Below are positions 49,101 to 61,470 of a stretch of 64,000 nt of DNA, piece after piece. Under the pieces are notes generated by a model. That model was not told the origin of the DNA and ran no database searches. It worked only from the letters and a program-made list of their open reading frames with translations. This DNA comes from Octopus sinensis (taxonomy: Eukaryota): NCBI RefSeq assembly GCF_006345805.1, contig NC_043011.1, forward strand, positions 6,448,001 to 6,512,000. The letters are read 5' to 3'. The translations under genes and the position numbers were made by a program. Numbering within the stretch: the first letter of the stretch is position 1; each line of letters begins with the position of its first letter.

Positions 49101-51726
49101 AGTATATGTATGTATATATAGGATATTATATGTATCTATGTATGTATGTATGTAGATATATGTATTATGTATGTATGTAGGTATATATATATGTATATAT
49201 GTATGTATGTATGTTATATTATATGTATATATTTATGTATGATGTATATATATATATGTATGATGTATGTATGTATATATATGTCTGTATGTATGTATAT
49301 GTATGTATGTATGTATATATATATATGTATGTAGTATGTATGATTATATGTTGTATGTATGGATATATATTATGTATGTATGTATGTATATATATGTATA
49401 TAGTATGTATGTATGTAATATCGTGTATATGTATGTATGTATATATATGTATATGTATGTATGTATGTATATATGTATATATGTATGTATGTATGTATAT
49501 ATATATATGTATATAGGTATGTATGTATGTATATATGTATATGTATATATATGTATGTATGTATGTATATAATATTTGTATATATGTATTGTATGTATGT
49601 ATATATATATGTATGTATGTATGTATATATATATGTATATATGTATGTATGTATGTATATATATATGTATGTATGTATGTATAATATATAGAGTATTAGT
49701 ATGTATGTATGTATATATATATATGTATATATGTATGTATATATATATATGTATATATGTATGTATGTATGTATATTATATAATATGTATATATGTATGT
49801 ATGTATGTATATATATATATGTATATATGATGTATGTATGTATATATATATATGTATATATGTTTGTATGATGGATATATATATGTATATATGTATGTAT
49901 GAGTATAATATATATATGTATATATGTATGTATATATATATATGTATATATGTATGTATGTATATATATATATGTATGATATTGTATGATATATATATAT
50001 ATGTATATAGTATGTAGTATATATATATATGTATGTATATGATAGGTAGTATATATAGTATATATGGTATGTATAGATATATATAGTATATATGTATGTC
50101 TATAGTATATGTATATTGATGTATATAGATATATGGTATATATGTATGTATGTATATATATGTTATATATGTATGTATGTATATATATATATGTATATAT
50201 GTATGTATGTATATATAATATATATGTATATAGTATGTATGTATATAGATATATGTATGTGTTGTATGTATTATATATATATATATGTATATATGTATGT
50301 ATGTATATAATATATATGTCTATATGTATGTATGTATATATTCTATAGTATGTATGTATGTATGTATATATATACGTATATCTGCATGTATGTATATATA
50401 CGTATATATCTATTGTATGTGATTTATGTATAATAAATATATGTATATATGTATGTATTATATATATATGTATATATGTATGTATGATATATATATTGTA
50501 TATATGTATGTATATAGGTATATATGTATGTATGTATATAGTATGATGTATATATATGTATAGTATGTATGTATATATATAGATGTATATATGTATGTAT
50601 ATATGTATATATGTATGTATGTATATATGTTATATATGTATGTATGTATATATATATATGTATTATATGTATGTACTATATATATGTATATATGTATGTA
50701 TGTAGATATATATATATGTATATATGTATGTATGTATATAATATGTATATGTATGTATGTATATAATATGTATATATATGTATGTATGTATATATATAAT
50801 ATGTATATATGTATGTATGTATATATATAATGTATATGTATGTATGTATATATATATATGTATATATGTATGATATATATAATATGTATATATGTATGTA
50901 TGTATATATATATATGTATGTATGTATATATATATATGTATATATGTATATGTATATAGTATATTAATGTATGTATATATGTATGTATGTATATATATAT
51001 ATGGTATGTATGTATGTATGTATTATATATATGTATATATGTATGTATATATGATATATGTATGTAGTATATATATATATGTATATATGTATGTATGTAT
51101 ATATATATATGTATATATGTATGTATGATAGATGTATATGTATGTATGTATGTATATATATATGTATATATGTATGTATGTATATATATATATGTATATA
51201 TGTATGTATGTATATATATATGTAGTATGTATGTATATATATATAGATATATGTAGGTATGTATATAATATAATGTATGTATGTATGTAATGTACGTATG
51301 TATGTATGTATATGTATATGTATGTAGATGTATGTATATGTTTGTATGTATGTATGTATATGTATATAGTATGTATGTATGTATGTATATGTATATATAT
51401 ATATGTATGTATGTATGTATATATATATGTATGTATGTATATATTATTATGTATGTATGTGTATATATATGTTGTATGTATGTATCTATGTATATATATA
51501 TATGTATGTATGTATGTGTATATATATATGTATGTATGTATGTGTATATATAATCTGTATGTATGTATGTGTATATGTATATATATACATGTATGTATAT
51601 ATGTATGTATATATATATATGTATGTATATATATATATATATGTATGTATATATATATATATATGTATGTATATATATAGATATATGTATGTATATATAT
51701 ATAATGTATGTATATATATATATATG

Positions 51727-51757
<31 letters not shown>

Positions 51758-52449
51758 GTAGTGTATGTATATGTATAATATGTATGTATGTGTATGTATA
51801 TATATATGTATGTATGTGTATGTATATATATGTATGTGTGTGTATGTATATGTATATATATGTATGTATGTGATGTATATTGTATGGTATGTGTATGTAT
51901 ATATATGTTGTAGGTATGTATATGTATATATATGTATGTATGTGTATGTATATATATATATGTATGTATGTGTATGTATATATATATATGTATGTAGTGT
52001 ATATATATATATGGATGTATGTATGTATATATATATATTAGTATGTGTATGTATATAATATATATGTATGTTGTGTATGTATATATATATGTATGTATGT
52101 GTATGTATATATATATATGTATGTATGTGTATGTATATATATATATGTATGTATGTGTATGTATATATATATATGTATGTATGTGTATGTATATATATAT
52201 ATGTATGTATGTGTATGTATATATATATGTATGTATGTGTATGTATATATATATATGTATGTATGTATGTATATATGTATGTATGTATGTATATATATGT
52301 ATGTATGTATGTATATATACGTATGTATATATGTATGTATATATATATGTATGTATGTATATATTTATGTATGTATATATATATATGTATGTATGTATAT
52401 ATATATATGTATGTATGTATGTATATATATATGTATGTATATATGTATG

Positions 52450-52480
<31 letters not shown>

Positions 52481-52600
52481 ATATGTATGTATGTATGTAT
52501 ATATATATTTATATATGTATGTGTGTATGTATGTTTATATATGTATGTATGTGTGTATGTATGTATATATATATGTATATATATATATGTATATATATAT
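45389..52600. repeat. ~7.2 kb degenerate (TA)n/(TATG)n tract
   Basis: The + strand is almost devoid of C; a single complex island lies at 47562-47795. Confidence 0.97.
47562..47795. mobile_element. Repeat-element fragment with internal inverted duplication, embedded in the microsatellite
   Basis: 47617-47663 is the reverse complement of 47744-47791 (1-nt indel). Confidence 0.6.
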
Positions 52601-52601
52601 A

Positions 52602-52985
52602 GGCGCAGAAGTGGCTGTGTGGTAAGTAGCTTGCTTACCAACCACATGGTTCCGGGTTCAGTCCCACGCAATGGCATCTTGGGCAAGTGTCCTCTACTAT
52701 AGCCTCGGGCTGACCAAAGCCTTGTGAGTGGATTTGGTAGACGGAAACTGAAAGAAGCCCGTCATATATATGTATATATATATGTGTGTGTCTGTGTTTG
52801 TCCCCCTAGTATTGCTTGACAACCGATGCTGGTGTGTTTACGTCCCCGTCACTTAGCGGTTCAGCAAAAGAGACCGATAGAATAAGTACTGGGCTTACAA
52901 AGAATAAGTCCCAGTGTCGATTTGCTCGACTAAATGTGGTGCTCCAGCATGGCCGCGGTCAAATGACTGAAACAAGTAAAAGAGT
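52602..52985 (+). mobile_element. SINE family A (full length)
   Basis: Near-consensus copy abutting the end of the microsatellite. Confidence 0.88.
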
Positions 52986-53122
52986 AATATATTTATATAT
53001 ATATATACACACACATATTTGGGAAGATATTATTGACTCTATTATTATCTAGTGTAACAATTAAAAATGATAATAACAGAATCAATAATATAGGTGATTG
53101 CAGGCCCCAAAAAGGCATTAAA

Positions 53123-53230
53123 TAGCTGAAGGATTAAAAGTGATCAAAGGACATAACTAAGTTTGAGTTTTGACTTATTTCCAGTAGGGAGACATACTTA
53201 GTATGTCCTTTAATTTTGATCCTTCAGCTA
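53123..53230. mobile_element. Short MITE-like fold-back
   Basis: TAGCTGAAGGAT.AAAA..AAAGGACATA.CTAAGT arms. Confidence 0.6.
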
Positions 53231-53559
53231 CATATATATATATATGTATGTATGTGTGTGTGTGTGTGTGTGCTTGTTTGTGTCCCCACCACCACTTGAC
53301 GACTGGTGTTTTGTTTATGCCCTGTAACTTAGCAGTTTGGCAAAAGAAGCTGATAGAATAAGTACTAGGATTGATTTGTTTGACTAAAATCCTACAAGGC
53401 AGTGCTCAAGCATGGCCACTATCCAATGACTGAAATGAGTAAGAGGTGAAGAATAAAAAAAATGCATATCTCTGTTGGCATCAAAGAGATTCTGTCTCTG
53501 AGTGAAGGACCAATTGTATGATACTTGTGGACTAAGTGTGATACTGCAGGGTAAAGAAA

Positions 53560-53900
53560 CATGAGAATTGACCGAGAAAGAAGTGTGAATGGTAGAAGAA
53601 AACTGAGGTGGAGAGGTTTAGTTGTGGACAGGAACATCTGAGTATAAATGGTGTTGAGAGAAGAACTTGGTCTGAAATTGAATACAGTTGTAATGTGTTT
53701 GGGAGGAGACTGTGTTGTACAAGGAAGAAGGATAATTGGGTAAAGAAGTGGTGTCAGGAGATGAATGTTGAAGAGGTAGACCGAGGGAGAGTTATGCAGG
53801 AGTGGTGAAACTCATCTCAGGATGTTGAAGCTTATGAAAATGAGGACAAAGGAATACTATAAGTGGTGAAACACTTTAAAAAAGCAGACACGTCCAACCC
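53560..53900 (+). mobile_element. Decayed RTE ORF 3' end
   Basis: KKDNWVKKWCQEMNVE..RGR..QEW parallels [31 protein letters not shown] of the 2250-4139 copy. Confidence 0.45.
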
Positions 53901-53998
53901 ACAAAAATACTGGAAAATAGATGTGGAAAATGATATTGATGGTGTGTGTGTGTGTATGTGTGCATGTGCACTTGTAGTTTGCATTATATATTTCTATA

Positions 53999-54033
<35 letters not shown>

Positions 54034-54035
<2 letters not shown>

Positions 54036-54057
54036 TTCACATTTATGTGTTTACTCC

Positions 54058-54096
<39 letters not shown>

Positions 54097-54359
54097 CACA
54101 TTTATGTGTTTACTCCGGTATATATTATATATATATATACGGAAGAAACACATAAATGTGAAACAAGGTGGAAAAAAGAGTACTCAAATACCAGTGGTAG
54201 AGTAATATGCTTTATTTAAAAGCAGCAGAAAATTCAACAAACCTGTTACTCTGAGTTTCACGTTCCCGTTCGTCGGACAGTTTTTGCTAGAAAAAACTGT
54301 CCGACGAACAGGGACGTGAACTCAGAGTAACAGGTTTTTTGAATTTTCTGCTGCTTTTA
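54034..54359. mobile_element. Penelope-like terminal fragment with inverted duplications at both ends; 143-bp hairpin 54217-54359
   Basis: Arms of ~68 bp, each carrying a hammerhead-like motif; TTTCACATTTATGTGTTT (2x) is inverted at ~54146-54164. Confidence 0.55.
54243..54280 (-). ncRNA. Minimal type-I hammerhead-ribozyme-like motif (variant core CCGACGA)
   Basis: CUGU-CCGACGA-ACG(GGAA)CGU-GAA-ACUC-A-GAGU-A-ACAG; GUA cleavage triplet. A degenerate copy lies on + at 54297-54333. Confidence 0.5.
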
Positions 54360-54365
54360 TGAAAG

Positions 54366-54408
<43 letters not shown>

Positions 54409-54428
54409 ATATATATATCTTAACACAT

Positions 54429-54543
54429 AACCAAAAGAGCTACAAATAGTTTTATGCTTTTATGATACTTGAAGAGGTATATTTATAAAATATGCCTGTT
54501 CAAGTATCATAAAAGCATGATACTATTTGTAGCTCTTTTGGTT
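54429..54543. mobile_element. Fold-back palindrome (~115 bp)
   Basis: Arms AACCAAAAGAGCTACAAATAGT..ATGCTTTTATGATACTTGAA.AGG.ATATTT. Confidence 0.7.
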
Positions 54544-54607
54544 GTGATTTAAATTGATAATTATCTCCCATTGGACGGAGTACTTTTCTGTTGATTCTAC
54601 CTCTGCT

Positions 54608-54641
<34 letters not shown>

Positions 54642-54739
54642 CTTAATCATATCAAAGGGAAATGGAAATTAATTAAAATTTTCATTTCCAGTGGCCTAAC
54701 GTGTAAAAATTTAGTCCAAAGACTATGTATTAGTCATAA

Positions 54740-55019
54740 AATACAGTGTACATTTACACACATAAGGAATCCACTTGTGGGGTTCAACATGCTAGAAAGA
54801 ACAGCTAGGTTCCATAACCACAAAATTAGGGATAAAATTCGACAGGAACGAAATGAAAAAAAAAAACATTTTACCATCTAGTTAGTAAAATGTTTTTATT
54901 TTTTCATTTCGTTCCTGTCGAATTTTATCCCTAATTTTGTGGTTCTAGAACCTAGCTATTCTTTCTAGCGTGTTGAATCCCACAAGTGGATTCCTTATGT
55001 GTTTAAATGTACACTGTAT

Positions 55020-55020
<1 letters not shown>
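54740..55020. mobile_element. Fold-back palindrome (281 bp, ~135-bp arms, 10-nt loop)
   Basis: AATACAGTGTACATTTA...CATTTTAC / loop CATCTAGTTA / GTAAAATG...AAATGTACACTGTATT. Confidence 0.8.
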
Positions 55021-55059
<39 letters not shown>

Positions 55060-55284
55060 GATCGGTGACACATGTGACACAAAATTTTGTTTAGAAAATA
55101 ATGCTTATCTTCATACATGCACACTTTTATGTATATTTGTGCAATCATGGCTGGTGTGTATGTGTAAATATGTGTATATATTGTTATATAAACTAGTAAA
55201 TATACTTAGATGTCTCCTTTTTGCATATTATTTACAATATGATGTAAAAATACAAATGACATGAGAATGTTGAATGGTAGTTGT

Positions 55285-55327
<43 letters not shown>

Positions 55328-55384
55328 GTTTGTGTGCACAAATACACATATCTGTATACATATAAAATATACATGTGTGCACAT

Positions 55385-55452
<68 letters not shown>

Positions 55453-55649
55453 GTTACTACTTGATAAATAACTGTTGTTGTAAATAAAAATAATAAACTG
55501 AATTTTTTTATCTCTGTTTAACAAAATTCAACTTGACTACATTTTGTTGTGTAAGTTATTCATTTGACCCTCGACTGGTCGTTCTTTTTCTCTTTGTCTT
55601 TTTCTGGTTTTATTTCTGCATGTCTGGCTGTCTGTCTGTCTCTATATTT

Positions 55650-55997
55650 CTACTTTTCTTCCATCTGTTTAGTCGTTAGGCTGTTGCCATGCTGGAGCAC
55701 CACCTTGGATGATTTTAGTCAAACGAATCGATCCCAGGACTTATTCTATGTAAGCCTGGTACTTAATCTATTGGTCTCTTTTGCCGAACCGCTAAGTTAC
55801 AGGTACATAAACACACCAACACTGGTTGTCAAGTTGTGGTGGCAGTGGGACAAACAGTAACAGAAAGACACATACATACATATGATGGGCTTCTTTCAGT
55901 TTCCATCTACCAAATCCATTGCTCACTGTGACATGGAGTAGGATTGAACCTGGAACCATGTGGTTGGGAAGCAAACTTCACACAACACAGCCACTCT
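55650..55997 (-). mobile_element. SINE family A, diverged
   Basis: Homology to other family A copies. Confidence 0.75.
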
Positions 55998-56286
55998 TGT
56001 ACCTGTATGTATATCTCATTCTCTGTCTGTGTGTCTGTACGCATAAAGAAGTCAAGCCTACAGTGGAATATCCATGAATGAGAGAAGAGTTCCAGGACTT
56101 TAGGTATGACAGAAGCACAGGACTATATAACAGTTGGCAGATGGGTCCAAGAACTGCACCATAATCCAAACCCTGTTTTGGTGTAGTTTCTACAGCTGAC
56201 CGTTTTCTGTTGTGTACCAGGTGATTTTGACAAGACACCAGTCAGAACAATGTCACCATTGCAGCCTGCTCAGCTGTGAACCTTAA

Positions 56287-56508
56287 CCCTTTCGTTACCA
56301 ACCCGGCTGCGACCAGCTCTGGTTCTGTAGTACAAATGTCTTGTTTTCATAAGTTTTGAATTAAAATCTTCCACCAAACCTTAGTCACAATTTATGCTCC
56401 TAACACTAGCTTAATGATAATGAAGTTATTTTACTAAATCCTTTGTTAGATTTAAAATTAATTGAAAGAAACACAGAGCATCTCAAAATAAATACAGTAA
56501 TGAAAGGG
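56287..56508. mobile_element. piggyBac-type MITE, family P2
   Basis: TTAA-CCCTTTCGTTAC ... GTAATGAAAGGG-TTAA (12-bp TIR, 1 mismatch). Confidence 0.8.
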
Positions 56509-56829
56509 TTAAGAGAGGCAGCTTTGTGCTAATTGATAAGATGGGTTAAAGGATGAGAGAAGGGGTCAGGGCTGAACAGGTTTCTTGCTATAGATGAGCT
56601 TGATGGCTGCTTACATCTTAGAGAAGGTAGGGGACAATTGGGACCGAATGGGGAAGAGTTTATAATTAATGGTGATGAGGCATCTGGGTGAACCTGTAAG
56701 GTGTGTGGGGAATAGAAGTGAAAGGAGGTGGGGGGCAATGAACTGGGAATGTGGGTGTAGGTTGCAAGGGAGGGTGGGATGCAAAGAATAAGTGTTGAAG
56801 GGTCAGTGCAGTGAATGATAGATAATGAG

Positions 56830-57055
56830 GAGCTGGCAGAAACGTTAGCGCGCTGGGCGGGCGAAATGCTTAGCGGTATTTCGTCTGTCGTTACGTTCTG
56901 AGTTCAAATTCCGCCGAGGTCGACTTTGCCTTTCATCCTTTCGAGGTCGATAAATTAAGTACCAGTTACGCACTGGGGTCGATATAATCGACTTAATACC
57001 TATGTCTGTCCTTGTTTGTCCCTTCTATGTTTAGCCCCTTGTGGGTAATAAAGAA
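56830..57055 (+). mobile_element. SINE family B with 12-bp TSD
   Basis: TSD ATAGATAATGAG at 56818-56829 and 57056-57067. Confidence 0.88.
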
Positions 57056-57517
57056 ATAGATAATGAGTGGGGCAGTGACCAGGGATAAATGAGGGTGGAC
57101 AGCAGCATAGTAATGATAATATAGTAGATAGGAGGAGGATGTGTGAATGGGTAAATGGCCAGTGTGTGGTGAGGAAAGAGAGGCAGGTGTAGTGGGCAGG
57201 TAAAGCTACAGGTGGGAAGTGGGGGATGGTGGGATGAAGAAAGGAAGAAATACAAACCTGAGTGGATAGTCTATGAAATTTGTGATTTCAGAGAAGAGGA
57301 AGCCATTGTAGAATGTGTAGAGAGGAGAAATTTTATATCTGTGGTGGGATTGTGTTTGGGGAGTGACTCTCTCAGCTAGTCACTTAAATGACATTATTTT
57401 AGGGGTAGGATCTAGGGTGTGTGTGTATTTTATATGTAGCAGCAGCAGCAGCATCATTGCACATATGTGAGCATCGTAGTCCATTGAGCATCGTACTCCA
57501 ATGTTGGTCCAACTTAA

Positions 57518-57737
57518 CCCTTTAGCATTCAGACTTCTTTGTGAAATTTATTGCTCATTTATTGCTCCTGTTTTGAATTAATCACATATTATTTTATAAC
57601 TTCAAAATTTAAATGGTGTGGCTATGTATTTTTAAAATGACATTGTAGGGTAGGTGTGAGAGGTTGGATCCAGACAGTTTTAATATAAAACAGGTGGAAT
57701 ATTTGGGCCAGATATGGCCGGATTAAATGCTAAAGGG
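57518..57737. mobile_element. piggyBac-type MITE, family P1 (complete)
   Basis: TTAA-CCCTTTAGCATT ... AATGCTAAAGGG-TTAA (perfect 12-bp TIR, TTAA on both sides). Confidence 0.88.
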
Positions 57738-58284
57738 TTAATCAACTGGTCAAATCTGAACTATTTTCTGTCTCTGAAGAAGAACTAAACTTTGATGTCA
57801 TCCAAGGGATACTAAGAAACAGAAAGCTGTATGGCAGAGAAAGACAACATGCTGACATCATCTCAAGGAATGTCAAGCTCCAAAAAAGACCAAGATTAGG
57901 GGCTATGTACTGCTGTTGTGGTGCCAGAACTATTTGATCCACACTGAAAAACTCAATGTTAAAGCCAACATTCTTTGAGGGTGATGAATTTTCTGGTGGC
58001 ACAATTGTTAAAATACCAAATTCCTGCAACATATTTAGGTTTGTGTTTATTATTCGACCTCTTATACTCACCATACTAATGCCATATGATCACATGACTT
58101 CCTGCTTGGCCATTTTTTATTGTCTTCACTTCCTGTTTTGTGATAATCTGATCACACAATACTAGCTTGGAAATCACAGAACAAAGTTGCAAGGCTAAAA
58201 GAGTTTTCTGGAAATGTATGTACGGTTTAGGAGTTGGTATTCTTGTCGGGTTAGAATGTGTGTCGTGACACTCTATATTCTATT

Positions 58285-58700
58285 CTTTTTTTTATTTGTT
58301 TCAGTCATTTGACGACATCCATGCTGGAGCACCGCCTTTAGTCAAGCAAATCGACCACAGGACTTATTCTTTGTAAGCCTAGTACTTATTCTATCGGTCT
58401 CTCTTGCTGAACCACTAAGTGACGGGGACATGAACACACAAGCATCGGTTGTCAAGCAATGCTAGGGGAACAAACACAGACACACAAACATATACATACA
58501 CACACACGCGCACACACACACACATATATATATATACGATGGGCTTCTTTCAGTTTATGTCTACCAAATCCACTCACAAGGCTTTGGTCGGCCCGAGGCT
58601 ATAGTAGAAAACACTTGCCCAAGGTGCCACGCAGTGGGACTGAACCCGGAACCATGTGGTTGGTAAGCAAGCTACTTACCACACAGCCACTCCTGCGCCT
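58285..58700 (-). mobile_element. SINE family A (full length)
   Basis: Near-consensus copy. Confidence 0.88.
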
Positions 58701-59301
58701 ACAGCATTTTCTGGAAGGGAGGGGGTGGATGGCCAATGGTTGCATCAATACCTATGTGTTTTGTCTCTCCTGCAACATTCTGAAGAGATGCAATGCCACC
58801 CCTGCCCAGGCACGTTTGGTCATTGACAGAACATGCCATGAAATACAACATAAAGTAGAAGATTAAGAGAAACACAAGGTTTACTTCAATAGCAGCAGGA
58901 ATGCCCAGCCCACAACTCCCCCTGAAAACACCACATACAGAGTACATCCAACACACATTTTAACCCTTCAAGAATACCAGCCATTAAACCATTTCCAGAA
59001 AACTTTTGTAGCCTTGCAGCACCACCCAGAGGCATTTTTTGTTCAGTTCACTTTGTTGTCTTCTTTCACAGCAACCACAAACCAGATGTCTTTTCGCCTC
59101 CAACATTAGAGAGCAGTTACCATATTTTCTTCCATAACTGCCATCTCTGAAGAGTACAGATCTACATAACTGGGCTGTTACCTAACATCCGGTTGCATCC
59201 CTAGTGTGAAACTAATTGGTAAGATTGGCCATAATCGATATATAATACTGTACACTTAGATTGATATATATCTGCATGTGTATATATATGTGTGTGTATG
59301 C

Positions 59302-59335
<34 letters not shown>

Positions 59336-59869
59336 ATGCATATATATATATGTGTGTGTGTGTATGCATATATATATATGTGTGTGTGTATGCATATATA
59401 TGTGTGTGTGTATGCATATATATATGTGTGTGTGTGTATGCACATATATATATATATATATATATATTGATTGATTGATAATCACTGGTGTGTTCTCTAA
59501 AATTAATTGGTATTTTGTAGTTTACCAGGTTAAATTTTATTGTTTTGGATTTTTTGAACATTTTCTGCAGTTCTTAGATAGATTCTGCAACAAACATTGA
59601 ACAATCAATACACACACACACACACATTCATTTTTACGTCTGTTTTTCCATGTCAGCATGGGTTACATGGATATATTGCAGGGACATTGCTGTCCAACAG
59701 GATGCTCTCCCTGTCACCAACCCTCATCTATTTTTCAAGTAAGAGAACTTTTATTCCACATGTTGCTATAGCAGCTTTTTTTCATCTTCTCTTATTATTC
59801 AGTATATAAGACTCCACCTTGAATGGTCTGTGGACTGAGATCTCCTTTGACAGGAAAACTGGTTTTCCA

Positions 59870-61010
59870 TTGTAGCTACCGAATCTAAGTGTACTAATTT
59901 AGGCAGTCAAGAGAGGAGACGATGTTGGTTTGGACATGTAAAGCATATGAATGAAGATGCGTATAAAGAAATGCATACAGAACTGCTGGTCAGTGAAGGT
60001 GGACAGCACCTATTTCTTTACTACCCACCAGGGGCTAAACACAGGGGGAACAAACAAGGACAGACAAAGGAATTAAGTCGATTAGATCGACCCAAGTGCG
60101 TAACTGGTACTTAATTCCTCAACCCCGAAAGGATGAAAGGCAAAGTCGACCTTGGCGGAATTTGAACTCGGAACGTAACGACAGACGAAATACGGCTACA
60201 CATTTCGCCTGGCGTGCTAACGTTTCTGCCAGCTCGCTGTGGACAGCACCTGTGGAAAAGGGAGACCCAGGAAGACATGGGATGAAGTGGTAAGGACCGA
60301 TCTTAGGATGTTGGGGCTCACAGAGGAAGTGACAATAGACCGAGATGTCTGGCGATATGAGGTTCGAGAGAAGACCTGCCCACATCAGCAAATTTGAGTT
60401 CTAGAAGCGTTGTGCTCCACCCATACGTAACAATAAAATTTTCACGCACCCTACCCCAACAACCCAAACTACAGCCCCTTTTCCCAAACTCTTCCTTTCC
60501 TCACATTTCCTCTTCGTACTCTATGGTTGTCTCCCTGTTTCTCCATGCTTGTTAACTCTTGCTCTCTTTCTCACCCTCTCTTCTCTCTCTGGCTAGATAA
60601 CCATGGACGGCCACCCCTCCCTGCAGCAAAACCCCTGTTTCTGTCTCTCGGTCACACTAACCTTTCTTTCATCGTCTGACACAAGATTTTCCTCCCCTCT
60701 CAAAGATTCCTTGTCTTGCAAGTTACTTGGTGACCCTGTCAGTGCAGGTGCCTCTTAAAAAGCATCCAGTCCACACTGTAAAGTGGTTGGCATTTGGAAG
60801 GGCATCCAGCTGTGATAAAACCATACCGAAACTGACCTCGCCTGTGCGAGTGCCACATAAAAAGCACTCAGCCCACTCTGTGGGGTGGTCAGTGTTAGGA
60901 AAGGCATCCAGCTGTAAAAACCATGCTAAAACACACACAAGCATTTGGCCAGCTCCTGTCAAACCATCCAACCTATGCCAGCACGTAAGGATATTAAACG
61001 ATGATGATGA
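59870..61010 (+). mobile_element. RTE 3' fragment with long 3' UTR, interrupted by SINE B (60012-60238, -)
   Basis: [42 protein letters not shown] at ~60250-60378; TSD GTGGACAGCACCT at 59999-60011 and 60239-60251; (GAT)n tail at ~61000. Confidence 0.8.
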
Positions 61011-61167
61011 AGGCTTGTGACATCACTTTGGTGTTGTGGTTGGCACAGCTGCATGGTTTGCAGTAGATGTGAAGTTCAAATCCCTATGTGGGATGGTATG
61101 ACTTTTCCCTGTTTTATTCATCTCTCTTTCTCTCTCTAATCATCGGAATTTTATGTTTCTGTGTCTA

Positions 61168-61470
61168 CATCATCATCATCATCATTTAGCGTCCGTTTTC
61201 CATGCTAGCATGGGTTGGACGGTTCAACTGGGGTCTGGGAAGAAGGCTGCATCAGGCCCAGTCTGATCTGGCAATTTTTCTATGGCTGGATGCCCTTCCT
61301 AACGCCAACCACTCCGTGAGTGTAGTGGGTGCTTTTTACGTGCCACCCGCACAGGTGCCAGACAGAGCTGGCAAACGGCCATGGACGGATGGTGCTTTTT
61401 ACATGCCACTGGCACGGGGGCCAGGCGAGGCTGGCAACGGCCACGATCGGATGGTGCTTTTTACGTGCCA
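61168..61470 (-). mobile_element. RTE 3'-UTR/tail fragment
   Basis: Reverse complement of 3840-4139. Confidence 0.85.

Noticed and set aside
37702-52702. Dozens of long ORFs such as MYVCMYIYI... and the 742-aa HIYIHTY... frame
   Set aside because: They are translations of (TA)n/(TATG)n microsatellites, which lack stops in some frames; no coding signal.
57742-58074. Minus-strand 110-aa ORF containing APNLGLFW, reminiscent of PIG-U (TPNIGLFW)
   Set aside because: The similarity is limited to one short motif with no surrounding match; it is more likely the antisense shadow of the + frame.
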